Source of the DNA: Pristiophorus japonicus
Taxonomy: Eukaryota
Direction: 5' to 3'
Length of the DNA stretch: 64,000 nt
Assembly (NCBI RefSeq): GCF_044704955.1
Contig: NC_092000.1
Coordinates: 2,790,001 to 2,854,000, forward strand
Both the position numbers and the translations under genes were made by a program. Position 1 is the stretch's first letter. Every line of letters starts with the position of its first letter. Below, piece after piece: positions 13,797 to 24,777 of the stretch. The notes under the pieces are model-generated. The model ran no database searches, was not told the DNA's origin, and saw only the letters and a program-made list of their open reading frames with translations.

Positions 13797-15020
13797 GAAA
13801 CATAGAAAATAGGGACAGGAGTAGGCCATTCAGCCCTTCGAGCCTGCACCACCATTCAATAAGATCATGGCTGATCATTCACCTCAGTACCCCTTTCCTG
13901 CTTTCTCTCCATACCCCTTGATCCCTTTAGCCGTAAGGGCCATATCTAACTCCCTCTTGAATATATCCAATGAACTGGCATCAACAACTCTCTGAGTGAA
14001 GAAGTTTCTCCTCATCTCAGTCCTAAATGGCTTACCCCTTATCCTTAGACTGTGACCCCTGGTTCTGGACTTGCCCAACATCGGGAACATTCTTCCTGCA
14101 GAACAGTGTGGTGCGGGGGGGGGGGGGGGGGGGGAAGAAGAGTTGTAGGGTTGGAGATTACATAGATAGGGAGGAACAAGGCCATGAAGGGATTTAAATA
14201 CAAAAATAAAATTTTTACATTGGAGGCATTGGCAGATGAACCAATGTAGGTCAGCATGAACAGGACTGGTGGGTGAGCTGGACCTAGTAAGTGACAGGAG
14301 ACGGGCACCAGAGTTTCTGATGGGCTGAAGATTATGGAAGGTAGATGATAGGCTGCTGGCCAGGTGAGCATTGGAACAGTGGAGTCTGGAGATGACAAAT
14401 GCAGAGGTGAAGGTTTCAGCAGATGGGCTGGAGTAGGACCAGAGGTGAGCTGATGGAGAGGGATATGGGGTCAGAAGCTATGTGTGAGAAAGAGGGGGAG
14501 GGGTTTGGGAGGCAACAATATATTCAAGGAAACCACAGAAAATAGGTGCAGGAGTAGGCCATTCGGCCCTTCGAGCCTGCACCACCATTCAATAAGATCA
14601 TGGCTGATCATTCCCTCAGTACCCCTTTCCTACTTTCCCTGCATACCCCTTGATCTCTTTAGCTGTAAGGGCCATATCTAACTCCCTCTTGAATATATCC
14701 AATGAACTGGCATCAACAACTCTCTGTGGTAGGGAATTCCACAGGTTAACTCTCTGAGTGAAGAAGTTTCTCATCTCAGTCCTAAATGGCCTACCCCTTA
14801 TCCTTAGACTGTGTCCTCTGGTTTTGGACTTCCCCAACATCGGGAACATTCTTCCTGCATCTAACCTGTCCAGTCCCGTCAGAATTTTATATGTTTCTAT
14901 GAGATCCCCTCTCATCCTTCTAAACTCCAGTGAATAAAGGCCCAGTCGATCCAGTGTCTCCTCATATGTCAGTCCTGCCATCCCGGGAATCAGTCTGGTG
15001 AACTTTCGCTGCACTCCCTC
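13797..15020 (-). mobile_element. Two CR1 3' fragments (13797-14100, 14535-15020) with an old L2 remnant between them
   Basis: Reverse-complement matches to the 3' end of the intact CR1. Confidence 0.8.
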
Positions 15021-15229
15021 AAGAAGAGGAAAAGGTTGGAGATGGGGCAATAGTTTACAGGGAAAGAGGGTTGAGGGTGGGGTTTTTGAGCAGAAGGTTG
15101 ATGGTGCAGTTTTAAAAGGGTTCTTTAGATTAGCCCAGGCCTCTAGATTAGTAGAGAGAAATGCAGTTGATGTGACTGAAGCAGCTTACTCATTTTAGCC
15201 AGGTTTATGCTTTTGGTATGAGTGCCCAA

Positions 15230-16135
15230 CCATCTTCAGCTGCTCCATCAATGACCTTCCCTTGATCATAAAGTCAGAAGTGGGGATGTTCACTGATGAC
15301 TGCAGTGTTCAGTGCCATTCGCAACTCCACAGATAATGAAGCAGTCCATTCCCGCATGCAGCAAGACCTGGACGACGTTCAGGCTTGGGCTGATAAGTGG
15401 CAAGTAACATTTGCACCACACACATGCCAAGCAACGACTGTCTCCAACAAGCGAGAGCTTAACCACCGTCAACGGCATTACCATCAACATCCTGGGGGTC
15501 ACCATTGGCAGGAAACTTAACTGGACCAGCCACATAAATACTGTGGCAGCAAGAGCGGGTCAGAGACTGGGTATTCTGCGGCGAGTGTCTCACCTCCTGA
15601 CTCCCCAAAGCCTTTCCACCATTTACAAGGCACAAGTCAGGATTGTGATGGAATACTTTCCACTTGCCTGGATGAGTGCAGCTCCAACAACACTCAAGAA
15701 GCTCGACACCATCCAGGACAAAGCAGCCCGCTTGATTGGCACCCCATCCGCCACCTTCAACATTCACTCCCTCCACCCCGGCGCACCGTGGCTGCAGTGT
15801 GTACCATCTACAAGATGCACTGCAGCAACTCGCCAAGGCTTCAACAGTACCTCCCAAACCCGCGACCTCTACGCTAGGACAAGGGCAGCAGGCGCATGGG
15901 AACACCATAACCTACAAGTTCCTCTCCAAGTCACACATTATCCTGATTTGGAAATATATCGGCCGTTCCTTCTTCGTCGCTTGGTCACAATCCTGGAACT
16001 CCCTCCCTAACCGCACTGTGGGAGCACCTTCACCACACGGACTGCAGCGGTTCAAGAAGGCGGCTCACCACCACCTTCTCAAGGGGCAATTAGGGATGGG
16101 GCAATAAATGCCGGCCTTGTCAGTGACGTCCATTA
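15230..16135 (+). mobile_element. Second LINE family (CR1/L2 group), degenerate RT plus 3' UTR
   Basis: MFTDD, QQDLDDVQAWADKWQVTF, LGVTI...LNWTSHI and YKAQVR. Its tail ccaccttctcaagggcaattagggatgggcaataaatgccgg recurs at ~34700-35175 (minus), 39120-39300 and 42000-42160. Confidence 0.85.
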
Positions 16136-19100
16136 ATGAACAACAAAAATACAACTACTTGCATTTATTTAGTCCCTTTAATGTAGAAAGTTTGTCCCAA
16201 GGTGCTTCAACAGATGCTCAATCAGAAAAATTGTCCCCGAGACAAAGGATATTAGGAGTTGTGATGAAAAGCTACCTCAGATAAAAAGCTCGTGGTTAAA
16301 AATCTTACACTCAGGGTTTGTCCAATATTGACAGTTCTGAGCACACACAGAAACTCACTGAATGATTGGTCTAGTGCACGCAGGAGGTGTACTGACTCAG
16401 TGCACACACAGCTCCCTGACTGAGATGCAGGAGATCAACTGCCTGACTGAGACACACAGTATATGGGCTTTACACCACCTTATCGCGAGGTAGTGTGCTC
16501 CAGTCAGTAACATAAGCACTGTTACCTCAGGGCAAAATAGAGCAAAGCCCACAGACTGGACTCCTGCTGGGATACGGTTCCTCAGGGGTCAGCCCCTCTG
16601 TTACTGCACCCAAATTACCATATTTCATGAGTGAGCTAATCTAGCGATTGTTGGTGAGCTTTTCAACCGGTAAGCATCACAGCTGAGCGGAACCCAGCTC
16701 TCACCAAACCCCGCCCTCACGTGATGCACCCATACATACATTTTGAATAGTAGGGACAAGCAGCAGAAACTTTGGCTGATTTCCCAGCCCTAACACAGTG
16801 GTACCGAGACCCCTGACCCCGGCTGACACTGGGTAACTCAGCACCGACCAGGAATTTTTTGGCTCAGTCACTCTCTACCTAACCCTATCGGGGAGCTAAT
16901 TCCACACTTCCTCAAGCAGTATTTGAGAAGCTGAGACAATCTGTGAAAGCCTTTCCGTTGCCCACAGGCCTCGAAAGACCCATCTGTGGACAACTGGGCA
17001 TCACCACAGCCGTAATGGAGCGAAAGAAAGAGGCCTCTCTCCAAATGCAATGACTTCAGGTTTTTTTTAAATGTTACATTTAATGCACAATTGTTAAGGT
17101 CACAGCAGTGGCAGTAAGAGTAAGATATTAGGACAAAACTTACATGGAATGCAGACATGTTTTTCTTCACAGAAAAAGGTAAGAACATTTTAACAAAAAT
17201 GAATGACTGTTGCCGAGACTTGTCGGGTCTGAACATTGCTTGTTTCGGATACTCCAGCCTATCAGCCACACATACAACTTCTCTCTAGTCACTTCTTGGC
17301 TGGCTTCAGACTGGCAGCTCACACTTACAGCATCCATTTCCTAACTTGCAACGGCAAAAGTCATCAGCGCACGTCACCATTCAAGGCATGCTGCTTGTAG
17401 TCCCTGTTCAAGCTGTACTGGTTCAGTGGTTCAGCTTTGATATGGAAAGATAGAATTGGAGGTTCTGCCAACTTATTATGGAAGGCCACAATACTGAGCA
17501 GACACGCGTCCAAAGGCCACGGACTCACACACAAGTATTAGAATGAAATATTCTTTTTGTCTTCTCCGATTGTCTCCTCTGCTCTGCTAAAGGTGTGGGC
17601 TCCCTATGGTATCTTGCCCCAGTGGCATTCTTCTGGTGTGGCTCCAGGCAGTGAGCATCAACAGACTATTTGACATTGACAGCATCACAGCTGGTCCCAC
17701 GCAGTCATCACCCAAAGTTGACACGAACTTTCCAGCCGGGCTCACAGGATCAAAAGTGGGATCACACTGGCTGATTTTCCCCTCACTCGGTATTTGAGGT
17801 TAATTGTACGGCTCGAACTGTTAGCTGGGTCACCAGCAACATCTGCACAGCTGGGATCTTCCTCATCCACACGGCTCAGAGGCAGATTCTACATCTTAAG
17901 CCAGCAGGATAGCTTTTATTTCAAAAAATATTCCTTCTCTCTACCCCTCTCCCCGAATCCCAGCTCCAGCAACATTTCGGGGACACATGGTGCCACGGGT
18001 GAGATCCCTGGGCCGTACGACGATTACCCCAGCAAAGGTTGAGGATTCGTTACTGTTTGCAGCTGGAGACAACAGAAAGTCACCAAGCAGCCATCACTTA
18101 CTCACCGAGGATTCACAGGCCTGGGATGAGTAGGACTTGTGGGGAAGGGCTGTCACTCCGGCTACCTGCCTGTCTGTGCCCCTGGAGAGGGAGCTGGCAG
18201 TGCCCAGCATTACTCTCCAGGGGTACCGCAGGGCACACACTGTCTCACTAACATGGACAATAATATGAGTCAGCTTCTCCGAGTCCGATTAGACCTCATG
18301 TGGAGATAATTATATTGGTGGTGCCCTCAGGTGAGGGACACTTCTCGAGCATGTTTGTCTGGTTAGTGATATTGGGGTAACTCAGTGTCACCCTTGGTCT
18401 AATCAACATAGGCATACTCACCTGGAATATTATCTGTTGCAGAACATGTTCAGAAAAGAATCTACAGAAAGTTACACCATCCTTTATCCAACCCAACATC
18501 ATGTGCTTGCAAACTAACTGCTGTTTTATGCTCATACAGTGAGGACCATCAGGGCCTGTGAATAGAAATCTGTTTATCTTACCCTGTATCAGCATCAAGC
18601 AGTTCCAGGGACGGTACAGTCCCAGTCAGATTCAGAGTACAACTCCAATAATGTGCATTAACTGCAACTTCATTGAAGTGCACCCCAGTGTGACCTTCCC
18701 ATTTCCTGCACCGGCCTCCCTTGTAGCCTTTCTTAAGGCGCTTCGAGAGCTCAGAGCTGCTCTCAGGACACTGGCGCGATACCAGCCTGCTTACCTTGCC
18801 ACCCAGCACTGATCTCTGTCAGACCCTGAGCAGAAGCCGAGCGAGTGGATCCAGCCACACAAAAAGAGAATTGCAGTTCCATAACAAGATACAGTTACCG
18901 TTCACAAGAGCAGGCTTCATTGCGAGAAGCATGCGTTAGAATTTCATAAAACAAAAGTACCTTTAAGTGTGATCAACAATTTAATACATTATCAATCGGG
19001 GTTTAGTGCTGTGGACTCACACATGTCAGGAGCTGGAGTGTCCCAAACTCATCTCGCAGCACCCTTACAGCAGAGGCTTGTACCTGCACCCGTTTGGTTT

Positions 19101-19309
19101 GGCATGGGCCCAGGACAGTGTGCTAACTCAATGCTACATCCAGTACCAAGCTTTCTGAAATTGGGGTGCTTCCTGTTGGATGGCGATTGGCAAATTTTAA
19201 AACACGATGATCACGATGGAGATAACGCGCAGAGGTTACGATTACCAGAGTATCTCAAAATCCCTACAGAAATATTTCTGTAGACGCAGGGGAAGACAAC
19301 AGAGATTTT

Positions 19310-19612
19310 CTAGAAGGTCTTCAGATTGGTTGCGGTGTAGAACAGATTCAGCCCGTTACAGATAACACAGATCAGGTTACACACCATGCTAATGGCATGG
19401 TACTTGGCAAAGCGCAAGCTCAGCTTCTCGTATTTAGAGTCCCTCTTCTTCAGCCTCCGGTAGGCCTCTCGGTTGGTGCTAAGCCCCACGTCCTGGCCCA
19501 GCAGGTTGATCTTCTCAATCTTGTGCATCTTGAACATTATATCCGTCGTGGTTTGACCAAACCACTGGGCGTTGAGCCCGGAGAAGATCACGCAGACAAA
19601 GAACGATGAGAT
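19310..19612 (-). CDS. TMEM205: TMEM205 last coding exon
   Basis: Acceptor ctgttctctcatag; ORF ends in TAG. Confidence 0.95.
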   Translation of the reverse strand: MSSFFVCVIFSGLNAQWFGQTTTDIMFKMHKIEKINLLGQDVGLSTNREAYRRLKKRDSKYEKLSLRFAKYHAISMVCNLICVICNGLNLFYTATNLKTF

Positions 19613-22600
19613 CTATGAGAGAACAGGAAGAGGTGGGAGCAGGATTCATTAAATTCCATCACCTCCCCCACCCTATCAGTCTCCCTGGGCCCACTCATCT
19701 CTCGCAGAGGAGAGTGTGGTCACCTGCCCCGGGATCCACGAGGGGTCGATGATAGCTGCCTCTACCTCCAGCCGTACCATGAGAGGTGCAAAGCACAAAT
19801 GGGATATCTCTCCGTAGCAGCCTGCCGAGATTGGGAATGCTGCAGTGTAAGGAGACTGAACCACTTCCCACCACTAGGAGGCATCTTGCACTGGAGTTCC
19901 AACTCACCACCCTGTTCCCACCAACTTTTTTCCCCGCCTTAGTTCAAGTGTTGTCAGGAAATCCACTTTGTACTTGTGTTCACTTTATCAGTAAAGTTGG
20001 TGAACTGCAGAAAATATACCCTCCCGTCCCCTCCCCCTCCCCAGGTTCTTGTAAGTTATCTCGAAGTTACTGTACGCTAGCCACATGTAGCAAAGATGTG
20101 TTACCGTGCGCCTGGCTATCAACGATCTCTCTCCTCCTCCCCTCCCTCCCTTCTTCCTCCAGGTCTGCTCTGAGGGCCAGAGTTTCTGGGTATCTGAACT
20201 TGCCTCTTGCTGTGCCTCCTAATCACTTATGAAGAAAATATATATCTTCACCCCACAGCGGTACTTGGGTCCCGAGGCTGGCCGATCGGCAGGTCTGTCA
20301 ATGGAACATACCTTTGATTCAAAAAAAAAAGCCCAAGATAACTATGATGAGGAAGGCCATTCGGCTCATATTTTATCCGCCCACAATGACCCTGCACCCC
20401 CGCGCCCCCCTCCCCAAACCCCACTGCAACATCCAATTCTTTCCTCAAGTTTTTTTGCCTAATGTAATGTATGCATCTGTGAGGATGCTCACAGGTTGGA
20501 GGAGCTGTTGAGTTGGGAGTGGCTTAGCCAGTCACATGATGTTCACAAGACTCAATAAAACCCCGGCCAGTTGGGTTCAGGGGATCCACGATGGGGCAGG
20601 TGGTTGTGAGCCTGGTGGATGAACCGGTAATGTGTAGTGTGATTGTTAAACCTTTGTTAATAAACCAACTAGTTCTTAATAGCGATGTGTTGCTATAAAT
20701 TCTTAAGCAAAGAGCCCGTGAAGCAAACGCATCACACCTATCAAGCACTCCGTTCCAAGTGTTCACTCTTTCTGCAAACAATACATTCCTGCAACCAGCC
20801 CCGTCCCACTCCCACCATTGAATTTAAGATAATATTGCATGCTAACTTTTACCCTGCCCTTCACAACCTTCCTCTCTCTGCAAGTTTCCGTCTTGGGTGC
20901 CTCTTTCACAGACTGAAATGCCTGTCCTGTCTTTCCTCATCACTCACACCTCTCGCACTAAAACTAATAGTATGGAACACTCTCTCTCTGAATTGTTTTC
21001 TTTCAAAAGCCTCGCGGCGGTGGGGGGGGGTATTCCCGTATAAATGCTTAATGGTGTTTGTGTAATATTTACCTCGGCGTTTCCGTGAAAGATGCAAATG
21101 TGCTGAGAGTTTGTATGCTGGTTTGTCGCAGCTTAATGCCAAAGCCAGACTGGGAGTTAAGAGATGACATCGGTAGTCGATTCTGTTCAGCGTGTTCAGG
21201 AACAAAGGCTGAGCATCTCATGCACTCCATGGAAGAAAGAAGGTTGCTGTGTTTTGTGGCCAAAGGTATTTGCCTTTGGTAGTTCAAACAAGAAACAACA
21301 GACCAACGGTTTGGGTTTGGTGCTCATGTTCACTAAACTCAATGCTGTGTTTTATTTTCCTTTATTAGGCTCCAGTTTTCTCCTCTCTTTCCCCCCCCGC
21401 CGCGAAGCCGTTGGGCCCTTGCTGGATTACAGCTGGTGAGGAGCCAGTGTGCCTGGGATCATCTTCCCAAGTGCCCATTATTCCTGTGCAAACCACGGCG
21501 GTGAAGCTCAGCGGGCTGTTTGACTGCGGGTAGCATCACAGCTGAGCCCAATCCTGGCCGAGGGCAGATTTAATTAAGGTGTATAAAATGATGAGGGGCC
21601 GAGATAGATTGGATAGGAAGGACCTATTCCCTTTCGCGGAGAGTTGTAGATTTAAAGTAATTGGTAGAAGGATTAGAGGGGGATGTTGAAAACTTCATTC
21701 ACCCAGAGGGTGGTGGGGGTCTGGAACTCACGGCCTGAAAGGGTGGTAGAGGCAGAAACCCTCACCACATTTAAAAAGTACTTGGATGTGCACTTCAAGC
21801 GCCGTAACCTACAGGGCTACGGACCCAGAGCTGGGAAGTGGGATTTGGCTGGATAGCTCTTTGTTGTCCGGCGCGGACACGATTGGCCGAATGGCCTCCT
21901 TCCGTGCTGTAAATTTCTATCTCTATATTATCAGTATGTTGTCTCCGAGTTACCTGAACGGTTTCATCATTGTTGAGTAAGTTGCGTGGGTGATAGATGG
22001 TATAAAGAGCCAGATTAACGAAGGAGCATCCCAGGACAGAGTAGAGGTAGTAAGGAAACAGTTTGCTTTGAACTAAGCCGAACGTATGCCTGCTGATGCT
22101 GTTAATCAGAACAAAACCTGAGGAGAAAGAAGTGTTTTAAAAGACCGTTAAATTCTGATCTAGCCTCATAGACAAAGGTACACAGCTTTAAACTTGTAAA
22201 AGGTCAACTTAGAACTGATAGCAAGAAATTCTTCTTCACACAGATTGATCAATATGTGGAACACACTTCCACATAGAGCGGTAGAGGTGAAAATTCGGAA
22301 TCATTTTAGTAACAAGTGGATGCTGCAATGGGTGGGGGTATCTTTACGGATGGTGAATTAAGATGGGCTGAATGGCCTTGTTGATCCATAATCAGCTTGT
22401 GACCCTCCCCCTGAATCCCCTTTCTGCTCACACCAACGCCACTGAGATCAGGAGCTCTGGGGCGTGTGGAATCCCAGACATGAACCACCAGTCTATCACT
22501 CAGTGCCATCTTATCCAGTATCAGCCAATGCCATTCGCAGAATAAATGAGACTCAAAGAACAGACCAAAGGAGCTACAGCTAACGGTTTGGCACCGGAAT

Positions 22601-23410
22601 CTGGTAACGTCACCAGCAACCCGCAAACAAAAATCTGTAGATCATTAAAATTCGTGCAAACATTCTGATTGTGCTTTTATGTCAACATTTAACATTGAAC
22701 GTGTGTGCAAACATTTAGAATGGAAATCTTGTATGTAAACAATTGCTTGTAACAACGTTGTTGCAGCTTCTGGTCAGAAGGTGACTCTGTGCTTCAAGGT
22801 TGTAAAGTCTTTCTCCAGAATCCGTCGTCTGATATAAAATAAAACCTTGTATTTAGCAACTACCCGTGTAATACATGATTCAAAACAAACATGGAGAAAC
22901 GCTGAGCTCTGCCAGCTCCCAGGCAATGCTCACCAGGACCCTACTTTATACATTCACCCACCTACAGGCGCTCCTGATCACCAGGCTGCTAGTGAGACAC
23001 TAACTATTGCGCTCAGTATCATGTGTACCACTCACAGACCATTCAAGGGCTCCGAGGAGAGTGCAGAACTGGGCATCAGTTCCATCATTATTAAAAATTA
23101 TGCTCTTTTTTTCTTTGTCGAAGGATGAGCGGGGACAAAATTTGCATTAAAATAATTTTAGAAATTAAAAAACTGGCAATTTGTGTGAAACACATTCAGG
23201 CTTTAATCAGTGAACGAAAGACTTAAATTGTTCATGGCAGGGTCAGGACACAATCTTTGAACACTGTGAACCGATAAACTCCATAACGTTGGCTCTCTCC
23301 TGAATCTTACCGGAGATGAACGAGACCCATATCTGCATGCCCCATGAGGTGGCCAGAATGAACAGATGGGCTGTTTTGACCAGGGAGGTAGGGACTCCTT
23401 CTGTTGGCAT
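19310..23410 (-). CDS. TMEM205: Transmembrane protein 205, spliced CDS join(complement 23311-23410, 21954-22117, 19310-19612), 188 aa
   Basis: Exons of 100+164+303 nt join in frame: [57 protein letters not shown]...ETVQ-ISSFFVCVIFSGLNAQWF...EAYRRLKKRDSKYEKLSLRFAKYHAISMVCNLICVICNGLNL...*. The motifs WGMQxWV, [13 protein letters not shown] and YHxxSxxCNL match recalled human TMEM205. ATTAAA poly(A) signal on the minus strand at ~18980. Confidence 0.96.
20463..20736 (+). mobile_element. Solo LTR
   Basis: TG...CA termini (tgtaat...atcaca), internal AATAAA, 5-bp TSD cctaa/cctat; homologous copy at 63482-63742. Confidence 0.78.
21954..22117 (-). CDS. TMEM205: TMEM205 middle coding exon
   Basis: Acceptor tctttctcctcag, donor gtaac; contains [13 protein letters not shown]. 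Confidence 0.96.
23311..23410 (-). CDS. TMEM205: TMEM205 first coding exon
   Basis: ATG at 23410, donor gtaag. An upstream acceptor (ttcttcatcgcag, exon edge 23437) implies a separate non-coding first exon. Confidence 0.95.
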
Positions 23411-23619
23411 TCTGTCGTCTAGTCAGACTCTGTTTTACTGCGATGAAGAATAAAAATTAATTCAACACGGTGTATTTTCCTGACCCGAGCATTCTTCCCT
23501 CCTCAGGCACCAAATCGTGCCAGGGCACAGTTCCGAGAACCAACACTCCTTCAGTATTGCGCCTAAGTGCCTTGTCATCTCTCGCAACAAAATCTGAGTG
23601 GCATTTTTCATCTGTCAGT

Positions 23620-24520
23620 TTTGGCTCAGTGGGTAGCACTCTCGCCTGAGTAAGAAGACTGTGGGTTCAAGCCTCACTCCAGAGACTTACACTCCAGGCT
23701 GACACTCCCAGTGCAGTACTGAGGGAGCCCCGCACTGTCGGAGGGGCAGTACTGAGGGAGCGCCGCACTGTCGGAGGGGCAGTACTGAGGGAGCGCCGCA
23801 CTGTCGGAGGGGCAGTACTGAGGGAGCGCCGCACTGTCGGAGGGGCAGTACTGAGGGAGCGCCGCACTGTCGGAGGGGCAGTACTGAGGGAGTGCCGCAC
23901 TGTCGGAGGGGCAGTACTGAGGGAGCGCCGCACTTTCGGAGGGGCAGTACTGAGGGAGCGCCGCACTTTCGGAGGGGCAGTACTGAGGGAGCGCCGCACT
24001 TTCGGAGGGGCAGTACTGAGGGAGCGCCGCACTGTCGCGCGACAGTACTGATGGAGCGCCGCACTGTCGGAGGGGCAGTACTGAGGGAGCGCCACACTGT
24101 CGGAGGGGCAGTACTGAGGGAGTGCCGCACTGTCGGAGGGGCAGTACTGAGGGAGCGTTGCGCTGTCGGAGGGGCAGTACTGAGAGAGTGCTGCACTGTC
24201 GGAGGGGCAGTACTGAGGGAGCGGCGCACTGTCGGAGGGGCAGTACTGAGGGAGCGCTGCACTGTCGGAGGGGCAGTACTGAGGGAGTGCCGCACTGTCA
24301 GAGGGGCAGTACTGAGGGAGCGTTGCGCTGTCGGAGGGGCAGTACTGAGAGAGTGCTGCACTGTCGGAGGGGCAGTATTGAGAGAGCGCTGCACTGTTGG
24401 AGGGGCAGTACTGAGGGAGTGCCGCACTGTCGGAGGGGCAGTATTGAGAGAGCGCTGCACTATCGGAGGGGCAGTATTGAGAGAGCGCTGCACTATCGGA
24501 GGGGCAGTACTGAGGGAGCA
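23620..24520 (+). repeat. SINE head followed by a 33-bp tandem array (~24 units)
   Basis: A/B boxes, then (cagtactgagggagcgccgcactgtcggagggg)n from ~23714; the SINE body is missing after the array. Confidence 0.9.
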
Positions 24521-24777
24521 CAGCCCTGTTAGTGGGGCAAACATCACATAGGAAATGTCCTCCCTGAAGCCTCACAATCTAATACCCCTTCCCCCTAGAA
24601 TCAAATCATCTGCTGATACTCAGTGACGACACGGCCACAGCGAGGTACACGAGTGTTGCAGGCAGTTGTAGAACTATCGCAGTCAGCAGCTTCGGGGAGG
24701 AGGGGAAAGTTCGGATTCAAAATCGTAAATAGATTTCTCCCTAAAACTTTCCCTGCAGTTTTCTCTAAAACGGACAC

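Noticed and set aside
23620-23690. tRNA gene candidates (A/B boxes here and at ~45190, 48000, 53100, 56290, 62110)
   Set aside because: They are SINE heads: no complete cloverleaf, and they continue into the SINE body.
23714-24520. CRISPR-like look of the 33-bp partly palindromic repeat arrays
   Set aside because: Units are directly abutting with no unique spacers, there are no cas genes, the context is eukaryotic, and the unit derives from a SINE.
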